From Camelus dromedarius (taxonomy: Eukaryota), in assembly GCF_036321535.1 (NCBI RefSeq), contig NC_087466.1, positions 2,046,001 through 2,110,000 of the forward strand: a stretch of 64,000 nt of DNA, given 5' to 3'. How positions within the stretch are numbered: position 1 is the first letter of the stretch; every line of letters starts with the position of its first letter. The translations under genes were made by a program, and so were the position numbers. Positions 1-13,496 of the stretch are shown piece by piece. The notes beneath the pieces were generated by a model. The model had not been told where the DNA came from. It worked only from the letters and a program-made list of their open reading frames with translations, and searched no databases.

Positions 1-2330
1 AATTCCAGTGGTTGTCTCAGTGCCTCATCATGGGTTTAATTTGCTTTTTTCTTACGCCTGATGATGTTAAGTATCTTTTCTTTTCAAGCAGTTATTAGCC
101 ATTCATGTATCTTTTTGGAAATTTAAAACTCTTGTCCATGTCTTAATTAGCTTATTTGTCTTGCTGAATTTTTAGACTTCTTTATATATTCTGGATAGAA
201 GTCGTTTATCAGCTATGTGATGTACATATATTTTCTCCCAGTCTGTAGCTTGTCTTTTTATTTTCCTAATGATATCTTTTGAAGGGTAAAAAGTTTCAAT
301 CTTGATAAAGTCCAACTTCTTAATCAATTTTTTTCTTTTAACGGATCATGCTTTTGCAGTCCTAAGAGCCCTTAGCCTAACCCAAGGGCGTGGTGATTTC
401 CTATATTTTTTTCTCCTGGTTTTATAGATTTAACTCTTACATTTAAGTCTGCGGTCCATTTTGAATTAATTTTTGTGTATGATGCATGCTAAGGGTGTAA
501 GGTCCTTCCTTTCCTTTTTTTTAAGGGGGTGCATATAGATACTCAGTTGTCCCAGCATCATTTGTTGAAAAGACTGTCCTTCTGCACTGAATCGTCTCGG
601 CACCTTTGGTGAAAATGAATTGACAATAAATGTAAAGATTTATTTCCGGATTTTTAATTCTCTTCCATTGGTCTGTGTGCTCAGCCTTATGCCAGTCACG
701 CAGTTACCATGGCTTTATGTTAAGTGTGAAATCAGATAGGGCTGGTATTCCAACTTGTTTGCATTTTGCAAAACACTCTTTGACACTGTTTGAAACTAGG
801 CCTTTTGAATTCCCACATAAATTTTAGGATTAATTTGTCAACTTCTACTTAAAAACCTACTGGGATTTTGATAGGGCTTGCACTGAATTTGTCAATAAAT
901 TTGGCAAGAATTGTCGTCTTGAATTTTATATGCATTCAACACGGAATGTCTTTCCATTTATTTTCAATGACATTTTATACTTCGAATACACAAATCCTGA
1001 AATTCTTTTGTTAAACTTATTTCTAAGTTTTGCATTATTTTTTGACATTATTATGCACAACTGTTTTGTTCATTTCATTTTAATTGTTTTTGCTAGTATT
1101 TAGAAATAGAATTGATTCTTTGTGTATTCATCTGTATTCTGTGCACTTGCTACACTTATTTACTAGTTCTTAGCGTGTTAGTGGATTTCCTGGGGTTTGT
1201 GAAACACTGTGTCATGGTTACCTGCAGACACACGGTTTTACATCTTCCTTTGTAACCTCAGTTCTGTTCAGCTTGTTTGTTTGTTTCAGTGTTGCATTGA
1301 CTAGACCATCCAGTACAGTGTCGAATAGAATTAAAGAGAATGAACAACCGTGACTTGTTTGTCATCTTAGGGGGAAGAGTTTAGTCTTCCACCGCTGAGT
1401 ATGGTGTTAACCGTGGGTTGGGGGAAGTTAGAGTTTCTGTCCTGAGAAGGTGTTTGATGTTGTCAATTGCTTTTTCTGCGTATGTTAAGATGGTCATGTG
1501 GTTTTTGTCCTCTGTTAGTGAAATGTGTTATGTGAACTGATTTTGGACATTAGCCAATCTTGCATTCCTGGTCATGGGGTATGACTGCTTTTGTGTGTTG
1601 CTGGATTTGGTTCACTGATAATTTAGGATATTTTCTGTCTATTTTTGTGACAATTGGTCTGTGGTTTCTTTTTTTGCGATGTCTTTGTCTGACTTTGTAA
1701 GTAGGTTAGTATTGGCCTTAATGAATGAGATGGGAAGTGGTCCCTCCTGTTTTCTGAGAGAGTCTGTGAAAGGCTTGTTGTTTATAACTTCTCTGCAGAT
1801 TTGCTAGGATTCTAAAGAGAAAGCCTTCTGGGCTTGGGCTTTTCTTTGTGGGAAGATCGTAAACTATAAAGACAACATCTTTACTTGCTATAAATATGTT
1901 CAGATTTTCTGTTTCTTGTTGTCAGTTTTGGTCATTTATCTTTCCTGGGACTTTATCCAAATCATGTAATTCTTCTAAGTGCTGGCATAAGCCTTTCATG
2001 GCATTCACTGAGGGTCCTTTACATTTCTTAAGGATCACCAGTCATGCCCTCTCCTCCATTTCTGATTCTGGTAATTCGTGTCTTCTCTTTTCTTCTTAAT
2101 CAGTCGAAGGTTTGTCAGTTTTCTTGACTGTTGTGAAAAGCCAGCTTTTTATTTCCATGATTTTTCTCTCTTCCTCTTCTGTTCTCCTTCCTTGATTTCT
2201 GCTCTGCTCTTCACTTGTCGCCTTGGGTTTAGTTTGCTCTTCTTTTTCTGGTTTTGTAAGGTGGAAACTTACTTTACTGATTTATGATCATCCTTCTTTT
2301 CCAGTCTTGACATTTAAAACTAAACCATTT
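1..2330 (-). mobile_element. Old LINE-1 (L1M-type) ORF2/3' fragments, antisense
   Basis: T-rich antisense L1 signatures (e.g. gttgtcccagcatcatttgttgaaagactgtcc, gtcttctctttttcttaatcag). No intact ORF. Boundaries approximate. Confidence 0.8.
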
Positions 2331-2644
2331 CCCTCTAAGCAGCACCTTACCTCCAGCCCCGAAGTGGATGTTTTGTGCTTTTTATTTCATTCATGTCACT
2401 GTATTTTCTGACATCAGTATAAACATTCACACACTCTCATGTTCTGAAGAAGGATCTTCTTCAGCCCAGGAGGCTCTAGTCAGTATTTCAACGTTAGCAT
2501 ATGGTCAGTTACTACTCAGACAGGTTTTTCCCTCTTGATCAGCGTAGCTGTGAAATAGTAAAGAGATTCAGAGTTAGGACTGCATGATCTGTCTTTCCGA
2601 TTTTAAATTTCTCTTTCTCTAATCTTCATCACATCCAGCACTAG

Positions 2645-2810
2645 CTGGGAAGACACTTCAAACCCTTAACATCAGCCAGCGTAAAACGAAGTCTCACGTG
2701 ACGGTGGAGGAGGGAACTTTCTGGAAGTGAGACTTGGGCACAGTGTTGCCCCGTGACCGAGACATCTGCTGGACACGCCAGCCTTGCGGCGCTGGGCGAC
2801 CACTGCCGGG
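2645..2810 (+). pseudogene. CLTCL1: Degenerate remnant of CLTCL1 exon 3 (clathrin terminal beta-propeller)
   Basis: Follows a polypyrimidine tract and AG (2643-2644). Reads (A)GKTLQTLNI..KTKSHVTVEEGTFWK*, matching clathrin heavy chain [24 protein letters not shown].FWKW. In-frame TGA at 2728-2730 replaces W. Followed by frameshifted V-A-x-V-T-E-T and H-A-S-L-A..H-C-R patches with an internal deletion. Confidence 0.85.
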
Positions 2811-4377
2811 TCAGCCCAGATGAGCCATGGTACCTTCAGCAACACCGAGGCCTGGAATTAAAGCTGGTAAAGGTGAGAAAGAAGACAGAGGCCCGGGACC
2901 GCAGGAGACGGCGGTGACAGAAATCCCAGCTGCGGGTCACGTGAGTGTCTCAGGTCAACTGTGGCTCATCAGCGGCTGCATCCCATCAGGTGCCAGATGT
3001 TCCGTCTATGAATTGCTTCTGGCACAGGTTTGCGAAGTGAATTGTTGAGGCATTTTCGTACAGCCATTTGGAAGCTGTAGGCTCCAGGAAGTGGTTTGGG
3101 GGCTCTATTTTAAGGGCTTTAATGGACCGTTAGGAACCCATGTCCTTTTGTAGTGAAAGCAGCGACTGTCTGCCATGGTTTCTCCCCGTGCCTAATCCCG
3201 GCATCAGATACTTGGCTGCAGGATGCTGGGCCTTCCATCCTCATCAGCCAGTCCTGCCCCGACCAGCCTTCGTGGCCCGGTGGAGAAGGGTGACCACGGG
3301 TTCTAGGACTTGGACCGCTGTCAGACGTGGTGAGCCGGTGCTGTGGGAGCCGTCGGAGAGAACCCGAGTCAGGGAGGGCCCACGCAGGGGCCTCAGAGCT
3401 GCACATTGCCAGCTGTGAAAGTGAGCTTGGGGTGGAGACAGTGAAAAGGCCTGTTGCCAGGAGAGTGTCGCTCTTCCTGGGTGTTGGGGCCTCCACTGCG
3501 GGGCGCCTGTAGGATGTACAGGAGGCAGCCAGAGGACAAAGCTGCCACGCAGGTGGGCGCACGCTGTCCTGCAGGCATCGGGGATGGGGCAGCGCATTTA
3601 ATGAGAGAGTCGTGATCCAGAGCTTGTCGGGGCTCATGGCCAAGGCCCACATGAAAGGAGGGATTCACACCAGGACATCTCCTGTGCTGGATCATCTGTT
3701 AGCCAGAATTACTGTCTCCCTTTGGCTTCCTCTGAAAGGATTTGGTGACGGCGGCCTGTATGGTGGGCAGAGGTGTGGACTTTCCTGGAAATAAGCGTGG
3801 GGAATTGGTGATGTGCGGAGCGGGGAGTCTAAGGATGCTGGGATGAGTGTGAGACACACACACAGGTACACTCGGTATGACAGATGCTGTATGGTCAGTT
3901 TTCAAGGTGGAGTGGACGTGAGGAGAAGGACTCGAGTCCCTCCTCTGTGGCGCCAGGTGGGGACCAAGACAGTGCTCCCTCACAGCCTGCCTGTGATACT
4001 CGGGTCACTGGGGAGCTGTGCTTGTCTGGACCCTCATGCTGTTTCAGAAAGAGGCTCTGAAGTTACAGGGCCCCCAGCCAGGAGCAGAGGCTGCTCACTG
4101 CACAGCGTCTGTCACTCTCCCCGGTGTGCCCAGGGAGCCACCACTTCTGAACTTCCTGTTTATTCTGTGAAGGTGGATCTTTGTTCCAAATCTGGTCTGG
4201 AAGTTTGTTCCCCCAGAAATGAAGATGTTTGTGGGATTAGGCAGGAATGGAGCTTTGAGCTGAGAGTCACAAAAGCAGATTGTGGTTAATTCATTTCACG
4301 CTATTATGTGCCTCTCATGCTTTTCTTGAGAAAAGCTCCAGTTTTACTGTAGTGCCTGTTACTTCACTTTTGTAAAC

Positions 4378-4548
4378 CTGAGGCCAACAGATTTTTTTTT
4401 TCTATAAGGGTCCAGATAGTAAATGTTTTTGGTTCCAGGGGCCAAGTGGTCTCTGTTGCTGCTACTCACCTCGGCAGGTAGCCATAGACAATATGTAAAT
4501 GAGTGGGCGTGGCTGCACACCAGTACAACTTATTTACAAAACAAGTGG
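4378..4548 (-). mobile_element. MER58A-like hAT-Charlie DNA transposon (MITE)
   Basis: ttttctataagggtccagatagtaaatgttttt...gccatagacaatatgtaaatgagtgggcgtggctg...tttatttacaaaaca is the reverse complement of the MER58A consensus as recalled. Confidence 0.75.
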
Positions 4549-4549
4549 A

Positions 4550-6830
4550 CAGACCACAGAGAAACTGAAAGGATTACCAGGAAATACTGCAGACACTGTG
4601 TGCCAGTAACCTAGATGAAAGGACTGATTCCCAGAAGGACTTAGATTACTGAAATAGACTCAAGAAGCAGAAAATCTGAACAGGTCTACACATTAAGACG
4701 TCGAATTAGTAACATAAAGCAGTCCAGAGGGAAAACCTGACCCGACAGCTTCACTGGCTGATTCTACCAAATACTCAAGGAGTAGGAAAGAACACTTCTC
4801 AGTTCATTCTATGAGGCCAGTAATACCCAGATACCAAAACCAGACAAAGACCCTACAGGCTACAATCCCCAGTGAAATAGATGAAAAAAATCTTCAGCAG
4901 TATACTAGCAAACTGAATCCAGCAACATATAAATGTCATTATACACCATGACCAAGTGGGATTTAACTCAGGAATACAAGGTAAGTTTCATATCTGAAAA
5001 TCAGTTAACATAACATACAATATTAATAGAATGAAAGACATAAACCATATGATCATATCAACAGACACAGAAAAAACATATGACAAAATCCAACATACTT
5101 TCATGATAAAAATGCTCAACAAACTAGGAATTGAAGGGAACTTTCACAACCTAATAAAGGGCATCTATGAAAAACACATAGTTGTTATCTTACCTAGTGG
5201 TGAAAAACTAAAAGTCTTCCCCTCAAGACCAAGACAAGAATATCTACTCTTGCCTCTTCTATTTCAGCATTTGACTAGAGGTTCCAGCCAGAGCAACAAT
5301 ACAAGAAAAAGTAGTAAAAGGTATCCAGACTTGAAAAGAAGAATTAAAACTATCTCTATTTGCAAATGTCATTGTCTTATATATTGAAAATCCAAAGAAA
5401 TCCAAAGAACAACTTCTTGAACGACCAAGTTCAGTAAGGTTGCAGAATACAAGGTAAATATACAAAAATCAGCTGTGTTCCTACACACTTGCAGTGAACA
5501 ATCTGAAAATGAAATTAAGAAAACAATTCCATTCACAGTACCATCAAAAAGAATGTATACTTAGAATAAAATAAAATGCTTAAATTTAATAAAGGAAGTA
5601 TAAAAATTTTACTCTGAAAAGTACAAAACATGTTGAAAGTAATTAAAGAAGGTCTAAAGAAATGGGGGGAAAATCCTAGGTTCATGAATGAGAATACTTA
5701 ATATTTTTGATGGTAATACTCCCCAAATTGATCTACAAATCCAGTGTAATCCCTATCAAAATACCAGGCAGCTTCACCATAGAAATTGATGAGCTAATCT
5801 TAAAATTCATACGGAATTGCAAGGAATCCAAAATATCTACAACAGTCTTGAAAAAACAAAACCAAGTAGGAATATTTATGCTTCCAGTTTCAAATTTTCC
5901 CCAAAACGTACAGTAATCAAGACAGTATGGTACTGACATAAGAACAAACATGGAGAGGAATAGAATGAGAGTTGAGAAATAAACGCCTACGTATATGGTC
6001 AGTTGAATTTTGATGAGGATGCCAGGACATTTCAGTGGAGGAAAGAATAGTCTGTTCAACAAATGATTTGGGAACACTGGATATCCATGTACAAAAGCAT
6101 GAAATTGGACCCCTACCTCTCATCATATTGAAAAATTAACTAAAAATGGATCATACCTAAATGTAAGGCTGAAACTATAAAATTCTTGGAAGGAAGCGGA
6201 GGAATAAATCCTGGTGACCTTGAGTTAAGCAGAACCTTCTTACATATAACATCAAAAGCGCAAGTGACGAAAGAAAAATAGATAAACTGGACAACAAAAT
6301 TAAAATCCTTTGTGCTATAAATGATACCGTCAAGAAAGTGAAAAAACAACCCACCATTTGGAGAGAATATTTTAAGATCGTGTTTGATAAGGGTCTTGTA
6401 TCAAGACTATGTAAAGAATTCTTATAATTCAATAATAAAAAAACAAATAAGCCAGTTTACAAATGGATTTGAAGAAGGATTTGAACATATAGTTCTCCAG
6501 GAGGATATACAAATGATCAAAAAGCACAGGAAAAGATGTTCGACATCATTAGTCATTGTGGACGTACAAGTCAAAGCCACAGTGAGATATCACTTCACAG
6601 CCACTAGGATGGCTTTAATCAAAAGGTAGACANNNNNNNNNNNNNNNNNNNNNNNNNNNNNNNNNNNNNNNNNNNNNNNNNNNNNNNNNNNNNNNNNNNN
6701 NNNNNNNNNNNNNNNNNNNNNNNNNNNNNNNNNNNNNNNNNNNNNNNNNNNNNNNNNNNNNNNNNNNNCACTCCTAGTTATATACCCAAGAGAAATGAAA
6801 ACATACATCCCCACAAAATATTATACATAG
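4550..6830 (+). mobile_element. Degenerate LINE-1 ORF2 (RT and C-terminal region)
   Basis: ORF fragments MKDINHMIISTDTEKTYDKIQHTFMIKMLNKLGIEGNFHNLIKGIYEK and KMIKKHRKRCSTSLVI are L1 ORF2-like. Multiple stops. Contains an N run at 6633-6768. Confidence 0.92.
6633..6768. other. Assembly gap (136 N) inside L1
   Basis: Run of n in the sequence. Confidence 0.99.
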
Positions 6831-6839
6831 AACATCAGT

Positions 6840-7900
6840 GGGACTGGTGGAATGTAGACCTCTGAAAATTTAGTCCTCTGTAAGAGCAGCAAAACCACTG
6901 GCAAAAATTGTCAAAACAACTTTTTCAGAATTCTGGAAACTAAAGGAGAGGCTTGCAAAAATCCAAAGAACTTTTATTTGAGAAAATTTGCTATTCTCAG
7001 AACAGCAAGATTGGTGGCATTTTGATAGCCTTGAAAACCAGCAGCTCCACAAATTGGTGAAATCCAGTAGCCTAACAGCCTCTGAAGAGGTAAGGTGGTT
7101 AGGAGCTCCCCCAAACGCACCTTTCCTAGATAAATGTCGTTCTTTGTCTACTGGTTCCTTGGAAATTTCCATTCACAGGCCTTGTCTTCATTAGACTCGA
7201 CTGGACTTGCTCGGTGCAAACAGCCTTATCTCCTGGGACATTTGTGATAAACCATCAGCAGCAACTGTTTAACATCACAGCTGCCTGAGGGGATGATAGT
7301 AGTGGAGGCAGATAAGCAGACCAAAAAAATTAAAAAAGAAAAGCTGTGGAATGAGATGTTCATAGGGGGGCTTTCAAAAGCTTCAGCATATTTGTGGGAA
7401 TCTAGAAGACCGTGTACACGTGTCCAGGAAAGAGCTGACGAGGCCCTAAGCTCTCACCTCTGGCTGACCTTGAGGCTCTGTACAAGGAGGAAGTGGAGGC
7501 TGGAGGCCAAGGCAGAATTGTCAGCTGCCTTCTGGGGCTCTGAAGATGTGTTTCAACACACATACACAGGGCCTGTCAGCAAAGGCTGAGGCTCGAGGCA
7601 TGTGAGGAATCTCTTTCAGCTCATTAACTGGACACTAAGCTAACTGAGTAGAGACTTAACTGACTTTACAAAATTAGTTCAAGGAATTTGCTAAACAAAC
7701 CAACAACAACAATAAACTCAGGTAAGGCAAGGAGTATCTGAGTTCCAGAGTTGTCACACTGTAGTATTTAAAATGTCTAGTTTTAAAGAAAATTATGAAA
7801 TATGCAAAGAAGCAAAGTGTAGTCTATACTCAAGGAAAAAAAAAAAAGCAGTCATTGAAGACTGTTGTGAGGAAGCCTGGACATTAGAGTTACTTTTTTA
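6840..7900 (+). mobile_element. Old L1M 5'-region fragment nested in the L1 block
   Basis: aaaaattgtcaaaacaactttttcagaattctggaaactaaag...ggcttgc resembles L1M4/L1MC-type 5' ends as recalled. Confidence 0.55.
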
Positions 7901-7926
7901 AAAACTGGCTTCAAGATGGCAGAATA

Positions 7927-8061
7927 AGGGGGAGGGTACAGCTCAGTGGTAGGTCACGTGCACAAGGTCCTGGGTTCAATCCTTGGAACCTCAGTTAAAA
8001 TACATAAACAAACGAACAAACCTAATTACCTCTCCCCCCCCAAAAAAAATCTGGCTACATA
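7927..8061 (+). mobile_element. tRNA-derived SINE (camelid-type) with 14-bp TSD
   Basis: ggggagggtacagctcagtggtag...gtcctgggttcaatcc...aaacctaattacctctcccc. TSD aagatggcagaata at 7913-7926 and 8062-8075. Confidence 0.9.
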
Positions 8062-8400
8062 AAGATGGCAGAATAGAAGGACGCAGAGCTCACCCTCTCC
8101 CACATGTGCATCCAGATACGTCCCCACTTGGAACAGTTCTCACAGAACACCTGATGGATTCTGGCAAAAGATCTGGTACACTTGGAGCTACACGGAAAAT
8201 CTTCACAAAACTGGATAAACAAGGTCCTACTGTACAGCACAGCACACTATATTCAATATCTTGTAATAACCAATAATGAAAAAGAAGGTGAAAAGGAATA
8301 TATACATATAACTGAATCACTATGCTGTCCACCAGAAACTAACACAACATTGTAAAGGTGACTATACTTCAATTAAAAATAAAATAAATAAAATAATACA
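8062..8400 (+). mobile_element. Cetartiodactyl L1 5'-UTR-like segment fused directly to an L1 3' end
   Basis: aagatggcagaatagaaggacgcagagctcaccctctccc (5'-like) joined near 8215 to aacaaggtcctactgtacagcacag...actgaatcactatgctgt...cttcaattaaaaataaaataaataaa (L1_Art-like 3' end with A tail). Confidence 0.65.
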
Positions 8401-8404
8401 CTAA

Positions 8405-8730
8405 TTAAAAAAGAAATGAAGTACTGATGTATGCTATACCATGATTAATCTTGGAAATATTAATCTAAGTGAAAGATGTGTGATTCCACTTATATGAGAT
8501 GTCCAGAATAGGGAGTCCATAGACAGAAAATAGGGAAATAGTTGCTTAGACCGAGTGCGGAGTGTGAGAAGTAGGAATGGAGACTGATTACTGATGAGGC
8601 TCCTTTTAAGTGATGAAAGTGTTGAAAATTACATTGTCGTGATGGCTGCACTGTCCTGTGAAAAACTAAAAAATTGAATGGCATGCTTTCAACAAATGAG
8701 TTAAATGGTATGTGAATCATATCTCAATCA
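8405..8730 (+). mobile_element. L1MB/L1ME 3' end, continuation of the interrupted L1
   Basis: aaagaaatgaagtactgatgtatgcta...atatctcaat is a typical L1M 3'UTR pattern. Confidence 0.7.
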
Positions 8731-8889
8731 AGTTGTTAAAAATGCTTTTGGGAATCATGCCCATTTACAGGGAAATTATCATGTTTGAGAAAATACTTTA
8801 AAATAAAAGACTGTAATTCACAGTGTTTCTTGTTTATGCTTTGCTTACAAAACAAAACCCAACAAATTAAAAAAGAAAATCCAAGCCAA

Positions 8890-9760
8890 AACTCTTTACT
8901 CTCACACCACTTCTGACACCAAAGGTGTTGGTTTTTCTACATCAAACAGTTCTCCAGTTCTTTGTGGACACCAACTGGATGTCCAAGAATCCAGTTCAGT
9001 TCTAGCACTAACTCCCCAGGGTTAGGGCAGACCCCTTCCAGGCTGCCCCAACCCCTTCAGATGCCAGTCTCAAGCTCTGGGCCACCTGTACCTCTGACCC
9101 TCAGTCTCAAAATCGGGGGTTCCCACGGCCCCCTCCTCAGGGTCAGTAATTTGCTAGAATGGCTCATAGAACTCAGAAAGACACTTTACTTACTATTAAT
9201 GGTTCATTATGAGGAATACAACTTAGGAATAGCCAGATGGAAGGATGGAGAAGGCACAGCTTGGGTGAAGGGGTGAGTGGCGCTTCTGTGTCCTCTGCAG
9301 ACACTTCACCCTCCTAGAACCTTGATGTGTGTGCCAACGTGGAAGTGCTCTGAACCGTGTGGCTTAGGGTCTTTATGGATATTTTATTTGTCATTGGTGA
9401 TTAACTCAGTCTCCAGCCCCCATCCCCTTTCTGACGGTCAGGATGGGGTGGACGAAAGTTCCAACCCTCCAGTCATGCCTTGGTCTGTCTGGTCACAGGA
9501 CCCCATCCTGTTGCTCCCTGGGCCCCCCCACCCCCCGCACCAGTCACCTCATTAGCATTCAGAAAGATTCTTATCACTCTGGAGATCCCAGAGTCTTAGA
9601 AGTGTTTATGTCAGGAACTGAGTACTGAGAACAAATACTATTTTAAAAGATGTTCCTGTCACTCATATCACTTAGGAAATTACAAGGGTTTTAGAAGTGC
9701 AGTGCCAGGAACAAGGGAGGAAGACCCAATATGTATTTCTCATTATATCACAAAATCACA
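8890..9760 (-). mobile_element. MER21-like ERVL LTR
   Basis: cacttctgacaccaaaggtgttgg...gacaccaactggatgtcc...cttcagatgccagtc...ctcatagaactcagaaagacacttacttac matches the MER21 family as recalled. Confidence 0.7.
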
Positions 9761-9764
9761 CAAG

Positions 9765-10280
9765 CATTCAGCAACCAGAAAACTCATTGGCATAAGGACG
9801 GACAGGTAAAGAACAGTGAAACAGTGTTGAGAATTCAGGAATAAACCTGTACACCTGCAGCCAATTGATTTTTGACAAGGTGTTAAGACCATTCAATGGG
9901 GAAAGAATATTCTCTTTAAGGAATGGTGCTGGGACGGCTGGACATCCACACACAGAAGAATGGAATTGTGCTCCTACCTTACACCATACACAAAAATTAA
10001 CGGGGATCCAAGACCTAAATTTAAGAGGTAAAACTATAAAAATCTGTAAAAGAAAACAGGAAATATCCATGACTTTGTATTTGGCAGTAGATTCTCAGGT
10101 ACAACACCAGAAGCATGAGCAACAAAAGAAAAAAAAATGGATAATTAAACTTTAGCAAAATTAATAACTTTTGTGCATCAGAGGAGATTGTTAAGAAAGT
10201 GAAAAGGCAGCCTAAAGAATGGGAGAAAGTGTTTGCAAACTGCGTACCTGACAAGAGTCTAGTGTCCAGAATATCTAAAG
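9765..10280 (+). mobile_element. LINE-1 ORF2 3' fragment
   Basis: LIFDK..RPFNGERIFSL and VKRQPKEWEKVFAN translations. Confidence 0.85.
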
Positions 10281-10639
10281 AACCATCTCCCCATGGTCAT
10301 TCCTGCGGGAGAGCTGGAGAGGCAGATCCCAGCCTGGCCAGAGGTGATCTCTGCCAGCAGCGGCGGCAATGCCACCTCCACGCGGCAAGCAAGTCACACC
10401 GTGGGTCAGGGGACATGGGCACCACCTTTGCAGGAAAGTCCTTTCTCCTGCCTGACTGGTGTGTTAGATATCCTGGACCTCACTGCTGGCTGCAATTTGG
10501 GATTTTGGAAGTGCCCTCCCTCCTCACATGTCCTTGGACCTTGGAAGCCCAGTCGGTGCACTTGGGACAACCCTTAGTTACCTACTGAGGACACTGGGCT
10601 GGACGGGACAGAGCCACAGCCACGCCCACAGGGCCTTCA

Positions 10640-11190
10640 GGACAGTGGCCCGGCAAGAGTCTGTCACCCATCTCACGTTCAGCTGCTCACCGCTCAAATG
10701 CCAATAATCACGAGGCAAATGTCAGTAGAAAGGAAAGGTGCTTTACTGAGTAAAGCCAGCAACCTGGCGAGAAGGTGGACTCAGGTCTGGAGACCAACTC
10801 CAGAGATTCTGCTCAGGCAGGACAATGAGAAAAGGAAAAAGAGGAAATGATCTCGGTCAGTCATGAAGGGAGGTCCGATTCTTCGTCACTTTCCCGCTGT
10901 GTGCAGACCCACTCACTGCTCATCTTACTTTAGATGCTGCCTTGCCCGCGTGGTCCACTAGAGAATCTAGGGGTAGAGTCAGTCATCCTTTACCTACTGA
11001 AGTCTTCGCTCTTACTCCTTCTGATCTAGGCAAGGAATCGACAGGTTAGGCGAGGCATTGTTTGCGTTCACTAGAGCAGAAGTCAGGAGTGGTCTCGTTT
11101 CTGTAATTAAGGTTTTAGGGGAACAGAAATAGACAAGCAGGAAAGGGGCAAAAGAGCCGCTTACAAAGCCCCGCTGTTGGACACCATTCC
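10640..11190 (-). mobile_element. ERV1-type solo LTR (cetartiodactyl)
   Basis: agaaaggaaaggtgctttactgagtaaagccagcaacctggcgagaaggtggactc...gaccaactcc pattern is typical of ungulate ERV1 LTRs read antisense. Confidence 0.55.
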
Positions 11191-13496
11191 GTTCCTGTGG
11201 GGTCAGGCGCGAAAGCCCGTCTCCTGGAACTCCTTCACGCTGACACAGGGCGCTGGGTTCTCAGAGTGGAGGACGTCCACTTGGGTCTGCTGCATCTCTG
11301 CCGACAGTGTTAGCTGCCTGCTCGTGTGTCCGGGCAGAGCAAACCGCAGTGGTTCTACTGCCCACAGAGATGCAGGTTATTATGAGCAATAGTGTTCATC
11401 TCTTTCCTTCATTAGACACCTCGTCTGTGATTCTACTGTCCTGATCACTCACTGCCTGAGCCTGCTCTTCTGCGGCTCACGGAGGCCTGGGAGACTTCAG
11501 CTTTTCTACAAACAAGAGGCAGGGGACATGGAGGGGCCTTTGTACTTGGGTGGGGGCGGGGGGTGGGCCCGCGGGTTCTGCTCGGTTCCAAGTCCAGGAG
11601 GGGGAGCCCAGGGAGACCTTTGGAAGGGTGGGTCCTTTGTGTTGGTGCTGTGGTTATGCTCTGCTGTTGAGCAGTTGACAGGCAGATGCCAATGTGTGGG
11701 GCCTGGGCCTCCATGGGGCTGTGATCACACTGGTGGGATTGGTCAGGGCAGACTGGAGCTGTGAACTCGAGCCCCAGTTCCCCACCCCCTACAGGGGACA
11801 GTAGCCTGGATGGGGCTTGGTGAGTCCCAGGGCTCGGGGGCCTGTGAGCCTGTGAAGGTGGTACCACCAAGTTCCAGTGACACATGCTTTCCCTTTGCAC
11901 AAAAGTTTGAGAAACGAATTATAAGCAACAGGGAGAGTCAGGAAGCAGTCTAGGGGCTGCCAAGCAGAAGCCTCCCCCTCACTTGTTCAGCAAACGCTGG
12001 AGCGCCCACTGGGTGCTGGGCGTTACTCCAGACAATGGCATCAGTGAGCAGCACAGAAAACCCTGGCTCAGTTGCATTCACATTCAGTGAGGCTGACAGA
12101 TGGGCAGCAAACAGTGCGATGAGCTTTGAGGCTGGGGCAGGGGTGGGGCCAGGGTGCTGGTGGAGCCCCACAGAGGGGACATCTGAGGGAGGCTCAGCGG
12201 CCAGGAAGAGGGGAGGCAGGACCATGCCACAGGGGGTACGTGGGCAGGGACACAGGCTGTCACCAGCTCTCAGGCCGTACTTGTGGTGGGACCTGTGGCC
12301 TGAGGTGAGGGGCCGTGCCAGCCTTTGTGCTGAGAAGACTTCGGGGTAGAAGCCAGTAGAGCTAGGCAGGTGGTGACGTGGGCCCAGCCAGGGCAGGGGC
12401 TGAGTGAGAGGTGGGCCATGACCCTGCAGTCAACCTGCTTGCGAGTGACTGGGTGTGGAATGAGAGAAGCCAAGGATGCCTGTTCATTTGGGGCCTGAAC
12501 AACCAGAAACAGGGTTATCACCACTAGGCGCCGGGAGATGGAGGCAGAGGCAGCCAGAGGGAAGGACAGGCACTGGTCTGGGATGAGCTGAGGGGCTCGG
12601 GAGGGGATGCTCAGGCGGCGGGGGTAGGGGGCCAGCAGACTGGGCAGCAATGAGGCGGAGGGGCCCAGGCAAGAAGGCCACAGCCCTTCCCTAGTGGAGA
12701 ACCGGGTCCCGGACCTCCTGACTCAACAAGGAAGTTCGAGGGCCATCCCCCGAGAAGAGCCCCCAGGGCTCCCCGAGTGGAGGGTGTCTGTCCTGCTCCG
12801 CCCCCCTCAGCCCTGGTCCCATGGAGGCAGGAGGGGGTTGTCCCTGCTAGGGTGCCTACCCGGCATGGTCTCTCCCAGACCTGCGTGCACGCCGGACACA
12901 CAGCTTCCTCCTTTCTTACCGGGGGCTTGTTCAGGGTCCCCGACGCACAGCTTCTGTTGTTCTGTGAACACAGTGCTGCCACCCTGCAGCCTCCGCGCCA
13001 CCTCGCCCTGCTCTCTCCTGTCTGTGTGTCTTCATTGGCCTGTGGGCCCCCGCATGGGCAGCACCTGGTGAAGGCTAGAGGGAGGGCATGAAGCAACTTG
13101 TCCTCAGATGGCTGTCAGGTGGGAGGGTTCCCAGGTGTCAAGTGACCAGTCTCCTTAAGAGGGAAGGGCAGCCTGGACTGGCCGAAAGCAGGAAGTGCTG
13201 CATGATCTTGGCGATGTTCCTTTGTCCAGAGGACTCAGCCACACTCATGGCCTGCAGTCACTGGCCGCTGCTCCAGTGCACCTACCAGCCGAGTGCCCAC
13301 TGGAAGGCACCAGGCTGGAACAGCCACGGGGGTTCACCAAGACCCCCCACATTCCATCTGTCTGGTGACAGAGGTCACTGTTGGTGCCCCGAGTGCCCGT
13401 CCTCAGTCTAACTCCTGGAGGCTGTGTGCCTGCTGCCTGCCCCCCTAGGACTGGATGGCACATGGCCTGTCAGGCAGGCACTCCCGCCTCGTGCAG

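Noticed and set aside
10293-10577. 94-aa Cys/Trp-containing ORF next to an LTR, vaguely env-like or a possible CLTCL1 exon
   Set aside because: No convincing motif match to retroviral Env or clathrin by eye. Would need tblastn/HMM support.
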